Below, one piece after another: positions 9,328 to 18,567 of a DNA stretch of 49,638 bases. The notes under the pieces were generated by a model. It saw nothing but the letters and a program-made list of their open reading frames with translations. It was not told the DNA's origin and ran no database searches. The position numbers and the translations under genes were made by a program. Every line of letters begins with the position of its first letter. Positions within the stretch are counted from its first letter, which is position 1. The stretch is from a virus (taxonomy: Duplodnaviria > Caudoviricetes): positions 1 through 49,638 of IMG/VR virus record IMGVR_UViG_3300005405_000328; one strand, given 5' to 3'.

Positions 9328-9798
9328 CTAAGTTACAGCTGTAAGTGGGATCCTAATCTCGACGGTTAGGGTGTTTCTGGAAACCTTACTGATACCGCCA
9401 GGGGGCAGAATCCGGTTTAATATTTGGCCGCTATCTGTAATCTCAGTTGCAGCTAAAAATACACCCTGTTCTGACCAATCACCATTTGCCTCGCCGGGTG
9501 TAAAGAAGAACCTAAAGCGCAGTTCATTTAATTCTCTGGTTTTGACTGCAATAGCTTTTCGGAATACCTCGCCTTCCAGCTTTGTGTTCCCTGATGCAGC
9601 AGCTGTAGTTCCGGTACCGACAGCCAGATATATAGCGTTGTTAACAGGGATTTCTCCCACAAAAATAGCGGCCAGTGCATTTAGGCCGCTTTGAGTAATA
9701 AGATTATGTTCTTCCCTGGTCTCTATAACATTCCCATTTTCATCGCGCCAGATAAAGCGCCAGGTACCAGATACACCAATGTTTTCTTTTAAGTCCAA
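9328..9798 (-). CDS. baseplate/fibre-attachment-like protein
   Basis: NLIT..G...YLAVGTG.T......TKLEGEVFRK and EANG...E.G motifs seen in phage tail-fibre N-terminal domains. Confidence 0.6.
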   Translation of the reverse strand: MDLKENIGVSGTWRFIWRDENGNVIETREEHNLITQSGLNALAAIFVGEIPVNNAIYLAVGTGTTAAASGNTKLEGEVFRKAIAVKTRELNELRFRFFFTPGEANGDWSEQGVFLAATEITDSGQILNRILPPGGISKVSRNTLTVEIRIPLTAVT

Positions 9799-9851
9799 AA
9801 AAATACCCCCTTTCTGGGAGTTAATTTATTTCTATATCGCTATTCCTATAA

Positions 9852-10059
9852 CTAAACTATAATTTCCTGTGCAGGTTGAGCTTGCGCAATTGCCAATTCA
9901 GTAAGCAATAAAGCCTCTCGCTTACAAGCTTGTAAATAGTCCTCCACTGTTTGCACTTCTGGTGGGTTCTTTCCCCAACGATACTCAAAGGTATTTTCCC
10001 CCTCGGAAACAACAAACAGATAAGCATTGGGTTCTTCAAAAACTTTAATTTCTAAACAT
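9852..10059 (-). pseudogene. 68-aa tail-associated gene with a 1-nt frameshift just after the start
   Basis: AGGAGG SD then ATG TTT AGA AAT TAA; removing one T gives MLEIKVFEEPNAYLFVVSEGENTFEYRWGKNPPE...IIV* (208 nt = 3n+1). Confidence 0.65.
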
Positions 10060-10072
10060 TTTCGTGTCCTCC

Positions 10073-10552
10073 TTACAGTTCTAGAGAATAACCTAGACTA
10101 TACGTTACTGAATCAGCATCTGACGGCTCGACGGTTACTTGCCACCTACGAGGGAGTTTTATGCTTTTAACCGTACCGTAAAAATCAGTTGCTAAGGCTC
10201 CGGGTTATATTTGGAAACTGTACCAACCTCCAACCTCTGCGGCTAGAAAACCTGTGTCCGCCAGCGAAAGAGTAGCGTTGTTAGTAGGCTCAATGAATTG
10301 AATATGCATTTTAAGAGTTGTTGCGCCAGCTTTTGCGGTAACGTAGAGATATAAGGTAACTCCTTTACCGTTATAGTTGATTTGTTGCGGCGAGACTGTC
10401 ATGGCTGTCCTTGCCGCATTTGCCAGCAAAACTCCTTCGAGGTTATTGCGCCACATATCCCATGTGGCAATTGAGTAAGTGCCATCGCCATTATCAATAA
10501 GCTTTAACGGTTGCCCCCATAGTTCTGGTGGTCTTACAATAATATCTGCCAT
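10073..10552 (-). pseudogene. 159-codon tail protein gene with an internal TAA
   Basis: After ...SFQI-TAA (10205-10207) the frame continues PGALATDFYGTVKSIKLPRRWQVTVEPSDADSVTYSLGYSLEL* to a stop overlapping the next SD. Confidence 0.7.
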
Positions 10553-11205
10553 TACTTAACCCCCTCTGCAACTATTGTCAGTGTCCCCGACGTGGGCGCA
10601 TTTGCAAACTGTACCCTTAGTCTCAAATTGCTATGCACTCCTTGTAGTGCAGGAATAGTCTTAAAACGTGCGCTGGCCCCGATTCCGCCCACCTTGCCCG
10701 AGTATAATAAATCGCTCTCTGTATTTGTTATCACCTCGTGCTCATAATACATACATCCAGCCGTTGTTGCGGAAAGGACATTAACTGCGGCACAAGCTGT
10801 AAATATGGTTAAATCACCGTTTGCGTTACCAGCTACATTGGATAAAGTGCTGTAAACGGATAGTTTCCAGTCCTTGTACTGTCTTATTTCTGTGTCTGCC
10901 AAATGGTCAGATATAGCATATTCATGATAATCCGTGTCCCTGATCTCAACCGCGTTGGCTAAAGTTGCTTTTATCTCTTTACTTCCAGTTAGTGAAGTAA
11001 TAACCGCACCATTTGCATCAACCTGGACAGGTATATATACTCCTCCGGAAGTTTTACCCCAGACTAGACTATCAGGCCCATACCTGCCGTTACCTAAATC
11101 AATTCCTGTCATAGGACGGAAATCATCTGCAACAGGATTGAAGAACTGCGGTATTGGAGTTTTTCCACTTTTATCTCTTAACATTGTCTTTGTATCATAT
11201 CCCAT
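10552..11205 (-). CDS. tail-tip/fibre-like protein
   Basis: N-terminal PIPQFFNP segment, LTGS junction, beta-rich C-terminus. Confidence 0.55.
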   Translation of the reverse strand: MGYDTKTMLRDKSGKTPIPQFFNPVADDFRPMTGIDLGNGRYGPDSLVWGKTSGGVYIPVQVDANGAVITSLTGSKEIKATLANAVEIRDTDYHEYAISDHLADTEIRQYKDWKLSVYSTLSNVAGNANGDLTIFTACAAVNVLSATTAGCMYYEHEVITNTESDLLYSGKVGGIGASARFKTIPALQGVHSNLRLRVQFANAPTSGTLTIVAEGVK

Positions 11206-12687
11206 TTACCAATCAATCCTCTCTACCCAAATGCCAGGGCCAATCATTGCCCAATCTCCACCGCTATCACATACAACTAATCCACAAATAGCATCAGCAT
11301 CCCCACATCGATAAGGTAGCGATCGCGGTGTGTTTGTAACCGTGTCAGATATCCCAGCCTTATCAATTCGTCTGTCTATCTTAGATATAATCGTCGTATC
11401 CCCGGCCCTATTTTGTTGGGCCGAAACCAGTGCCTGAAGGTAATCGGCTATACCTTTTAATCGTCCGCCGTATTCTATCTTGTACTGCCATATATCTGTA
11501 GTTACGTTTGATACGGTTACTTTCCGAACCAGGAAGGTTCCAACCACGTTTCTCTCGGGCAAATTGATATTAACCAATTGTCCGGGTTCCCATCCTGGAA
11601 TCTCCGTACTAAAATTTCCGGATACTGTTGGATTAGAATAATCTCTCAGCTCCGCTTGGCCAGCTGCCTCCGCCGCCTCTATTGTCGTTAAAGCATCGTC
11701 GGTTATAACATCTTCAAATATACCGTCACAGTCCAATACTGCCGCCGCTATAGCCTCCTGGCTTTCGAGATCCTCAACCATGGTGATAACGTCAATATCC
11801 TGTTTGGCTGTAAGAGTAATGGTGGTACCGACTGTAGGGGTGGAAGTGTCATTAGCGCACTTAATGTACTTCTCCTGAAAGTTCAGAAAGTAGTCATAAG
11901 TTCCATCGTCCTCATCCACGTTCTCTATGCCAATGCCACCATCAGGATTAACTAAAACTCCACCCACCTGAAAACTGCACTCATGAGGCCCCCATGGGAG
12001 GTTCCATACCCGGGCCACACCGTCTGCTTTCCACTCCAGAGGTTGTGGATCACTTAGCATAGTACCACCTATGACGTAAATCCTGTTTTTTAAGCTCTGT
12101 GTATCAATGGTATGACTGCCAAACTTAAATCTCCCCCCGGGTACCAACTCCATAGGAGCTGGGCTGATTAATTCATTCAGGGAGAAGAACTGAAGATCCT
12201 TGAACGAATCAGGCTGCCAGTGCCAACCAACATATTTACATAGCAATTTAAAACACTCGCTGGGCTTAACGTAATTAAATTTAATTTTAATAATATTCGG
12301 AGCTCCGGATCTTACGCCATTTATTGTAAACCCAGGGCATTTTTTTGCGGCAATGTCCAAGAATATGTCGCTGGCACTCATGTTCTCGTAATCCTCAATA
12401 ACTCTTTTGCGGTCCATCAAGGCGGTATAATCATCACAATTAATTTGGCGGACATTTATGGAGCCATCCGGGAAGGAGCGTGCCAATTTATCCTTTGTTA
12501 TAATTCCTGCAAAAAGGCGTTTATCATCTTGCTCAATAATTATTTCATCGCCCCACGCCGGCTGTACTCCTTTTAGCTGGAATGAACAAGTATCTATTTC
12601 ATAGGTGAACGCCTTTTCGATTTTAAGACTCTTTTGTTCCAAATCCGGAAGACGCTCAACTCCGGCAATTTTAATGCTTCTCATCAA
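11206..12687 (-). CDS. tail hub/baseplate protein following the tape measure
   Basis: 493 aa, overlaps TMP stop; hub-like motifs (LKNRIYVIGG, GWEPGQLVNI). Confidence 0.7.
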   Translation of the reverse strand: MMRSIKIAGVERLPDLEQKSLKIEKAFTYEIDTCSFQLKGVQPAWGDEIIIEQDDKRLFAGIITKDKLARSFPDGSINVRQINCDDYTALMDRKRVIEDYENMSASDIFLDIAAKKCPGFTINGVRSGAPNIIKIKFNYVKPSECFKLLCKYVGWHWQPDSFKDLQFFSLNELISPAPMELVPGGRFKFGSHTIDTQSLKNRIYVIGGTMLSDPQPLEWKADGVARVWNLPWGPHECSFQVGGVLVNPDGGIGIENVDEDDGTYDYFLNFQEKYIKCANDTSTPTVGTTITLTAKQDIDVITMVEDLESQEAIAAAVLDCDGIFEDVITDDALTTIEAAEAAGQAELRDYSNPTVSGNFSTEIPGWEPGQLVNINLPERNVVGTFLVRKVTVSNVTTDIWQYKIEYGGRLKGIADYLQALVSAQQNRAGDTTIISKIDRRIDKAGISDTVTNTPRSLPYRCGDADAICGLVVCDSGGDWAMIGPGIWVERIDW

Positions 12688-15600
12688 ATCAGCCCCAATT
12701 TATGTAGCTTGCTTGTCATTTCTTCTTCCCAATCCTCGGTCAGCTGGAATATAAATGTATTGCCACCATTGTTGTAGGTGGTAGAATTGGATGATCCGGC
12801 GGCCCCCGAGGATTTAACAGATATGCTTGATATGCCAGCCATAGTGTTTATAACTGACTCCAAGCTTGGCAAGCTATTCTGAATTCCCTCTATAAAAGTC
12901 CCCACCAAAGAAGGGCCCCATTCCATGATCTTGCTTAATGGTCCTTTATCTGCCGGTGAGTGCGGCATATAAGCATCTACCGTGCCGCCTAATTCCTCCA
13001 TGGTTTTTCGCAGGGCTTCAAACTGGCTTTCAATTCCGCTTATAAAATTAGTCATCAGACTTACACCGTAACCCGTAGCACTTTTATCAAGGGCCTCAAA
13101 CGATACCTGAATTTTGTTAAGCTGCTCAGTAGTGTTCTTCAGGATCTCGGCATTTTTTGTTTTCCACTCCTGTTTTAATTCTTCCAGTTTTTGAGCCGCC
13201 GCGATATTTAGTTCCGTTAAACTCGCCTGATAATCTGCATATAGCGCGTCCGACTGTTCATTAGCAATAGACCTGGCAGCGCTTTGTTTCTCTTGCCAGA
13301 GGGCAACATACTGGCTCAATTGAACATCAGTCAAGGTGTTCAGCGCTGCAATCTCATCGGCGGCGTCCGGACCCATCTCTTCAAGTTCGGATATTAAATC
13401 ATCACTGACGCCCCGGCCAGCTATTAAAGACAGGTTTGCTCTCCAGGAACCTATTGTATCTACCTGGTCTTGCAGGTTCTGTAAGAGGGTTTCCCCCGAT
13501 ACTTCTTTATTATTAACCGCATCGAATAGTCCCACAAAATTAGCAATTGCGTCTGCTCGGGATGTTAATTCGTCTTTATAAGACGCAGTCAGGCTAGCTT
13601 CATCCTCAGCCAATCGGTTATTAACTTCATCCACTGCAACTTGATATTCCTGGGCTGCTTTAGCCATGTCTGCATAGTAATCAGCCACAACCTCTTTGGC
13701 ATCGCCAAGCAGATCTTGGTAACCTTTCAATGCTGTCTGCTGTTTCTTTAAAGATTCCAGCTGTTCCTGAGTTGCCTCCATTTGAGCCTTGGCATCATAA
13801 GCCGCAAGTTTGGCCCGGGCTTCTACAGCCGCCTTTTTAGCCGCAGTCAGCTTATCTTCGGCGGCGCCCTCTTGTTCTAATGCTTCAATTTTGCTATCAG
13901 CAGCTGCTATGGCTTGTTCAAGGGAGGCCCGTTCGATTTCTGCTTGATCTGCAGCCTGTTGTTTCTGGATCCCTGTTAGGTTGGCAGCCTCTTCTTTTAA
14001 TTTGGCTTCCATAGCTGCTATCTGTTGATCCATGGAGGCTAGGACTTGACTGGTACCGTCCGTGATACCCTGAGCCAGACCTGCAGAAACATTCTCACCT
14101 ATTTCAGTAAAAACTGTTGAGGGAGAATGGATACCCAATAATCCCTTAACTGTATCTGTAATTTTACTGGCAACGGTCGCCATAGTCTCTCCTATGGCAT
14201 CAATACGAGACGATATGCCATTAATAAGTCCATTAATTATGGCTTTCCCTAAACTTAGACATGTTGTAACTAGTCCTTCAAAGGCATTAATTACAATAGT
14301 TTTTATGCCTGACCATAAATCAATAAATATATCCTTAAAGTGCTCCCAGGCTCCTGCCCAATCGCCAGCCATTATATCTAAAACTACACCTAACACATCA
14401 GCAATTACTTGAATAGCAGTTTGAAATATGGCTTTAATTATGTTCCATATATTGGCCAGAACAGATGTTATGTTATCTCCCCACTCACCCCAAAACGCTG
14501 TTATGCTTTCAGCTATAATTGTTATAATGGCTTTTATGTCTTCCCAGATGTCTTCAACTTTATTTCTAAAATCTTCGTTGTTTTTCCATAGATCAACAAC
14601 CGCTGCAACCAAGCCAGCTAAAATTGCTATAACTGCAGCAACAGGGGCTACTACACCTGCTACTGTAGCCATAAACCCACCAGTTGCGCCTTCTGCTGCT
14701 ACCGCTGCCGCCACCAATCCTGATGCTCCCAGCGCCTCCGATATGGTACCAATAGCACTGACTACCATTCCCGCGACAATCAACAGCGGACCAATTACTG
14801 CAGCTATCCCAGCCACAATAATTATTGTTTGTTGTAAAGCAGGATTTAGATCTGCAAAACCATTTATAAACTCCGTAATATTTTCAATTAGAGCTCTAAG
14901 TGGTCCGGAATTCAACTCATAAAGTTTTACCGCAGCAGTTTCGGCCGAACCCTTCATTTGCTCGATTGATCCGCTAAGATTGTTCATTTTCTCGCGGGCT
15001 ACTTCTTTAGCAGTAACGTCAGACATCGCAGTCTTCATAGAAGTTACACCCTGCTCACCCTCTTTATAGAGGATGTTAGCCGCCCGGATCGCATCAGACC
15101 CAAACATTGTCTCTAGTGCCATCATACGTTCAGCGTCTGTTAACCCGCTCAGGTTGGTTTGTAGCATCCCTGCAATATCATCCAGAGATTTTAAGCTGCC
15201 AGTAGAATCGTAAAAAGCACTAGTACCGTCTTTGTTGATTAGATTAAACTTTTTAAATGCTGCCGAGGCCTTATCTGTAGTAGGTTGCAGGTTTAGGAGC
15301 ATTGTCTTTAAGCTTGTACCCGCGTCAGAACCCTTTAGCCCATTTTGAGCAAAAACAGCAAGAGCTGTAGCAGTATCTAGGAATCTCATTCCGGCCCCTG
15401 CAGCTACTGAAGAAGCTTGAGAAAGTCCTAAGTTCAATCCGGCTACGTCGGTAGCTGAAGCATTAGCTGCCCCGGCCATAATATTAGCTGCATCAGTAAC
15501 CGTTAGAGCATCATCTTTAAATGAATTTAGAGCTGTTGACGCAATAATTGCAGCATCAGCCAACTCTATATCACCCGCCGCCGCTAAAGCTAATGCCCCT

Positions 15601-16286
15601 GATAATCCTCCATTTAATATCTGCTCTGTACTGACCCCGGCCTTTTTTAATTCTTCAATACCCCGGGCAGCCTCAACTGCACTATATTTTGTATCGGCCC
15701 CCATTTCTATGGCCATATCGTGCAGTTGCTCTAGGCTCTCGGTTGTTTCACCGCCCAGGGCTTTAATATCAGACATACCTTGCTCGAAGTCAGATCCTGC
15801 TTTAATAACAGCGGCTCCAGCTGCGGCTACCGGCACTGTTACACCCATAGTCAGAGTTTTACCAGTGCTAGTCATGCTCTCCCCAGCCGTTTGGAGCTTG
15901 TTTCCCATATCTTGCAGCGCTTTGCTAGTGTCATTTGCCTGTGTTTTTAGTTTTTTCAACTCTTGCTCTGTTTTCGCAATCTCGCGCTGGTATGCCCTAT
16001 ACTGCCCTTCGTTGATCTCACCTTTTGCAAATTGCTGGTTTAGTTGTTCCTGGACAGCTTTTAGACTCTCTAGTTTGTTTGTAGTATTTGATACGCCCTC
16101 GGCAAGCAGTTGCTGCTTTTGAGCCAAAAGTGCAGTATTTGAAGGGTCAAATTTCAACAGTTTCTCAACTTTATAAAGCTCTGACTGTATATCCCTTGCA
16201 GACTTATTTACATCCTTAAGTGCCGCCTGTAACCCTACGGTTTCTGAACCAATTACTACATTTATGCCTCTTATAGTCTCCGACAA
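12684..16286 (-). CDS. tail tape measure protein
   Basis: TP901-type core (DFEQGMS..KA; KGSDAGTSLK), Trp/Phe repeats, coiled coil; likely start TTG 16286 behind AGGTGA. Confidence 0.93.
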   Translation of the reverse strand: MSETIRGINVVIGSETVGLQAALKDVNKSARDIQSELYKVEKLLKFDPSNTALLAQKQQLLAEGVSNTTNKLESLKAVQEQLNQQFAKGEINEGQYRAYQREIAKTEQELKKLKTQANDTSKALQDMGNKLQTAGESMTSTGKTLTMGVTVPVAAAGAAVIKAGSDFEQGMSDIKALGGETTESLEQLHDMAIEMGADTKYSAVEAARGIEELKKAGVSTEQILNGGLSGALALAAAGDIELADAAIIASTALNSFKDDALTVTDAANIMAGAANASATDVAGLNLGLSQASSVAAGAGMRFLDTATALAVFAQNGLKGSDAGTSLKTMLLNLQPTTDKASAAFKKFNLINKDGTSAFYDSTGSLKSLDDIAGMLQTNLSGLTDAERMMALETMFGSDAIRAANILYKEGEQGVTSMKTAMSDVTAKEVAREKMNNLSGSIEQMKGSAETAAVKLYELNSGPLRALIENITEFINGFADLNPALQQTIIIVAGIAAVIGPLLIVAGMVVSAIGTISEALGASGLVAAAVAAEGATGGFMATVAGVVAPVAAVIAILAGLVAAVVDLWKNNEDFRNKVEDIWEDIKAIITIIAESITAFWGEWGDNITSVLANIWNIIKAIFQTAIQVIADVLGVVLDIMAGDWAGAWEHFKDIFIDLWSGIKTIVINAFEGLVTTCLSLGKAIINGLINGISSRIDAIGETMATVASKITDTVKGLLGIHSPSTVFTEIGENVSAGLAQGITDGTSQVLASMDQQIAAMEAKLKEEAANLTGIQKQQAADQAEIERASLEQAIAAADSKIEALEQEGAAEDKLTAAKKAAVEARAKLAAYDAKAQMEATQEQLESLKKQQTALKGYQDLLGDAKEVVADYYADMAKAAQEYQVAVDEVNNRLAEDEASLTASYKDELTSRADAIANFVGLFDAVNNKEVSGETLLQNLQDQVDTIGSWRANLSLIAGRGVSDDLISELEEMGPDAADEIAALNTLTDVQLSQYVALWQEKQSAARSIANEQSDALYADYQASLTELNIAAAQKLEELKQEWKTKNAEILKNTTEQLNKIQVSFEALDKSATGYGVSLMTNFISGIESQFEALRKTMEELGGTVDAYMPHSPADKGPLSKIMEWGPSLVGTFIEGIQNSLPSLESVINTMAGISSISVKSSGAAGSSNSTTYNNGGNTFIFQLTEDWEEEMTSKLHKLGLI

Positions 16287-16293
16287 TGCTCTC

Positions 16294-16349
16294 ACCTGCC
16301 TTTATATCTGCAGGCAGGCATTGGCTCGCTACTTATTGTGCGGCTCGCT
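16294..16349 (-). promoter_or_regulatory. two AGCGAGCC repeats plus hairpin covering the tape-measure SD
   Basis: Repeats at 16342-16349 and 16323-16330; GCCTGCCT(16319-16312)/AGGCAGGT(16301-16294) stem. Confidence 0.6.
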
Positions 16350-16466
16350 CTGTCCTTCTATTTTCACTGTTACTATTTGCTTGCACCGCTGACATTTGAT
16401 TGTAAGATCAGCGGCATTAGCATAAAACATGGTTTTTCCACAATGGGGACATTTTACTTTTTCCAT
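16329..16466 (-). CDS. Com-family (phage Mu Com-like) zinc-ribbon protein, 45 aa, not in ORF track
   Basis: MEKVKCPHCGKTMFYANAADLTIKCQRCKQIVTVKIEGQSEPHNK: CxxC...IKCxRCK signature. Confidence 0.75.
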   Translation of the reverse strand: MEKVKCPHCGKTMFYANAADLTIKCQRCKQIVTVKIEGQSEPHNK

Positions 16467-16470
16467 CTGA

Positions 16471-16758
16471 TCAACTCATTTCAACTTCGTGCCTTACCTG
16501 AGCCATAGCAATTCCGATCTTTTTTCTTAGCTCCCTTATTTTGCGTTCTGATTTCTTTGTTTTAGGACCGCTTAATAATTTTGTTTGCCTTTCTTGCATT
16601 GCCCTTATCTCGGTATTTGTGTAATGAGATATATATTCCTGAGAGCAATGCGGACATTTAAATGCTACTTTTTGAATATCTCCCTGTATGAATGTTTCAT
16701 TGATCTCTGTTAGTACGAATTCCTTATTACACCCTTCGGTGCATACTAGCTTTACCAG
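16471..16758 (-). CDS. 95-aa zinc-ribbon + coiled-coil protein with probable CTG start, not in ORF track
   Basis: Open frame LVKLVCTEGCNKEF...FKCPHCSQEYISHYTNTEIRAMQ...; in-frame TAG 3 codons upstream; GGGGGT SD 8 nt before CTG. Confidence 0.65.
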   Translation of the reverse strand: MVKLVCTEGCNKEFVLTEINETFIQGDIQKVAFKCPHCSQEYISHYTNTEIRAMQERQTKLLSGPKTKKSERKIRELRKKIGIAMAQVRHEVEMS

Positions 16759-16771
16759 GTATGCCTACCCC

Positions 16772-17002
16772 CTATCCGAGCAGCTTATCAATATCCTTTT
16801 GCGTTGCCTTCCGTACCTTCCCACTGTCTACAAAGAAGTAAATATCTAGAAAACTTATGAAATCTGCTACGCTGAATTCATTTATCTCTGCAAGACTCAT
16901 CTTTGCTCTTTTGCCGGATGCTATCAATTCAAGATCAAACTCTTCCGGATTGATTGTTCGCTTACTTTTGCTGGACTTGTTTTTTGGCCGCTCCTTTACG
17001 AA
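16772..17002 (-). CDS. frameshift extension (T part) of the tail assembly chaperone
   Basis: +1 frame from the TTT TTT CGT site: FVKERPKN...EFDLELIASGKRAKMSLAEINEF...VRKATQKDIDKLLG*. Confidence 0.75.
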   Translation of the reverse strand, partial: FVKERPKNKSSKSKRTINPEEFDLELIASGKRAKMSLAEINEFSVADFISFLDIYFFVDSGKVRKATQKDIDKLLG

Positions 17003-17312
17003 AAAAGCCGTTGGTAGCCTCCTCCATCACGGCACCCATAAGCTGTTCATCCGAGAAGTCGAATCCATCAAATGTCGAAAGCCAGGTTTCAAACCCTGGG
17101 AATTGATTACCTGGTCCTGAATCTGCCTTGGCCATGGCCCAGGTCATCTGGAGTATCATTACAGTATCTAGTTTGCTGTGATCCTGTTTTATGGAGTTCA
17201 TTTTTGTTAGATCACCCAGCAGATCAGCCCTAAATTCCTGCCGGTAATACAGAAGGGCCAGGGGCGTAGCCCTGACCCTAACCGGTTTTTCGCAGATTTT
17301 TATTTCTTTCAT
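16962..17312 (-). CDS. tail assembly chaperone (G part)
   Basis: Between major tail and TMP; RATPLALLYYRQEF motif; slippery GFFR near the end. Confidence 0.8.
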   Translation of the reverse strand: MKEIKICEKPVRVRATPLALLYYRQEFRADLLGDLTKMNSIKQDHSKLDTVMILQMTWAMAKADSGPGNQFPGFETWLSTFDGFDFSDEQLMGAVMEEATNGFFRKGAAKKQVQQK

Positions 17313-17321
17313 ATATGCTCC

Positions 17322-18221
17322 TTAACTAAAGGTAGGCAACTGCACTGCAGTGAACCATGCATTGTAAACAGCTTCATTGGCAGTAGCTAACTCAAGAACT
17401 CTTTTAACGATCTTCTTTCCGCCAATCTCAATTGGCAGCATTGTAATGGCTGCAGTTTCAGTCGCAGGATCATCGCTGCCCTCAGTAGTTTTATGATCTT
17501 TTTTGGGTCTGGCTAACTTGCAGTCATAGTAGACAAACCTGCGGTTTTTAACATCACCCTGCACTTGTCCCATTAAAGCAAACTCTTTTTGTGCACCATC
17601 CGCAATTTCTACTACTCCTCCGTCAGTATCCATTTCCCATCCAAATGCCTCTACTAAAATAGCATCCGGAATTAATGCGGTTTCTAAATCTCCTGAATAT
17701 CCGTTGTTGCTGGTTGAAGTGTAGTAAATACTATTGTCTGCATAAAATTTTGACTCTTCCCCCTCTGGATCCGCAGATAGTCCCACCACCCCGAGGACAG
17801 GAATAGGTATTCCATAACCAGTAGCACCTGCAGTAACATTCGTCGATGCTCCGACTGTCACCCCAGTGGTGCCAGGGGTACACGCTAATGCTAATGTGGC
17901 ATCATCCGCAGCCACCACTTTTGCTGTCAAAGTCAGAACACCTGCCGCACTTCTGGCAATAAAGTCCTCAGAGACAGCCGCATTGTTATTTAGTACATTG
18001 GCGACGGCGGCGGCAACTTGGGTAACTGTACTGTGTGATTCAGTGGAAAAAGGAACTTTAATAGCCAGCGGGGACCCCGTGACAGCTGCGCTGGTGACCG
18101 TTATGGTCACTTCCCCGTCCAGAGTGCAGCCGGTCAAAAACGCTATGCTTTCAACCTGAGCCACACCTTTAAAGGCTATATGTAGTTTTTCGAGTCCATA
18201 TAAAACCTTGTTATTAGACAT
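17322..18221 (-). CDS. major tail protein (phi13-type) with ~110-aa insertion
   Basis: NKVLYGL, FYADN..Y, NNGYSGDLE, FALMGQVQGD..NRRFVYY motifs. Confidence 0.88.
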   Translation of the reverse strand: MSNNKVLYGLEKLHIAFKGVAQVESIAFLTGCTLDGEVTITVTSAAVTGSPLAIKVPFSTESHSTVTQVAAAVANVLNNNAAVSEDFIARSAAGVLTLTAKVVAADDATLALACTPGTTGVTVGASTNVTAGATGYGIPIPVLGVVGLSADPEGEESKFYADNSIYYTSTSNNGYSGDLETALIPDAILVEAFGWEMDTDGGVVEIADGAQKEFALMGQVQGDVKNRRFVYYDCKLARPKKDHKTTEGSDDPATETAAITMLPIEIGGKKIVKRVLELATANEAVYNAWFTAVQLPTFS

Positions 18222-18225
18222 TTCT

Positions 18226-18561
18226 TTAACCTCCTATAAGTTTTATTTCATAAACAACCTGCCGCATCTTCTCCGACTCCAAATACGCTTCGGTTTTTGA
18301 GTACGGTAGGCGAAGTAATTTTAAAAGATCCTGCACCTTTTTTTCAGATACAGGATCTTTGTTTACCGTATAAAGTTCAATTTGGTAATTACCAATATCA
18401 ACGTAGTTCTGGTTATCAGCTTTCATATCAGACCCATAAGCATACTGATAAGTAATAAAGGGGTAACCAGGAGCAGGATTTTCTTCAGTATTTATAAACT
18501 CACCATAAGCAGCCGGCAATCCTATAGATTTAATTCCAGTGAATAATTCTGCCTCTGTCAT
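18226..18561 (-). CDS. tail terminator/completion protein
   Basis: P.YPFITY...ADN..Y...YQIELYT..KD motif and position. Confidence 0.75.
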   Translation of the reverse strand: MTEAELFTGIKSIGLPAAYGEFINTEENPAPGYPFITYQYAYGSDMKADNQNYVDIGNYQIELYTVNKDPVSEKKVQDLLKLLRLPYSKTEAYLESEKMRQVVYEIKLIGG

Positions 18562-18567
18562 ATCCTA

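Noticed and set aside
9857-10039. 60-aa ORF from the track
   Set aside because: Alternative frame without SD; the SD-linked frameshifted gene 9852-10059 explains the region better
10205-10207. Stop-codon reassignment (alternative genetic code)
   Set aside because: TAA, TAG and TGA all end well-formed genes elsewhere in the prophage; a single lesion is simpler
5999-11205. Diversity-generating retroelement or shufflon acting on tail genes
   Set aside because: No reverse transcriptase, no template/variable repeat pair, no inverted cassettes or flanking crossover repeats seen
13336-16122. Several + strand ORFs opposite the tape measure (and similar ones opposite other genes)
   Set aside because: Shadow frames of real minus-strand genes, without SDs or motifs
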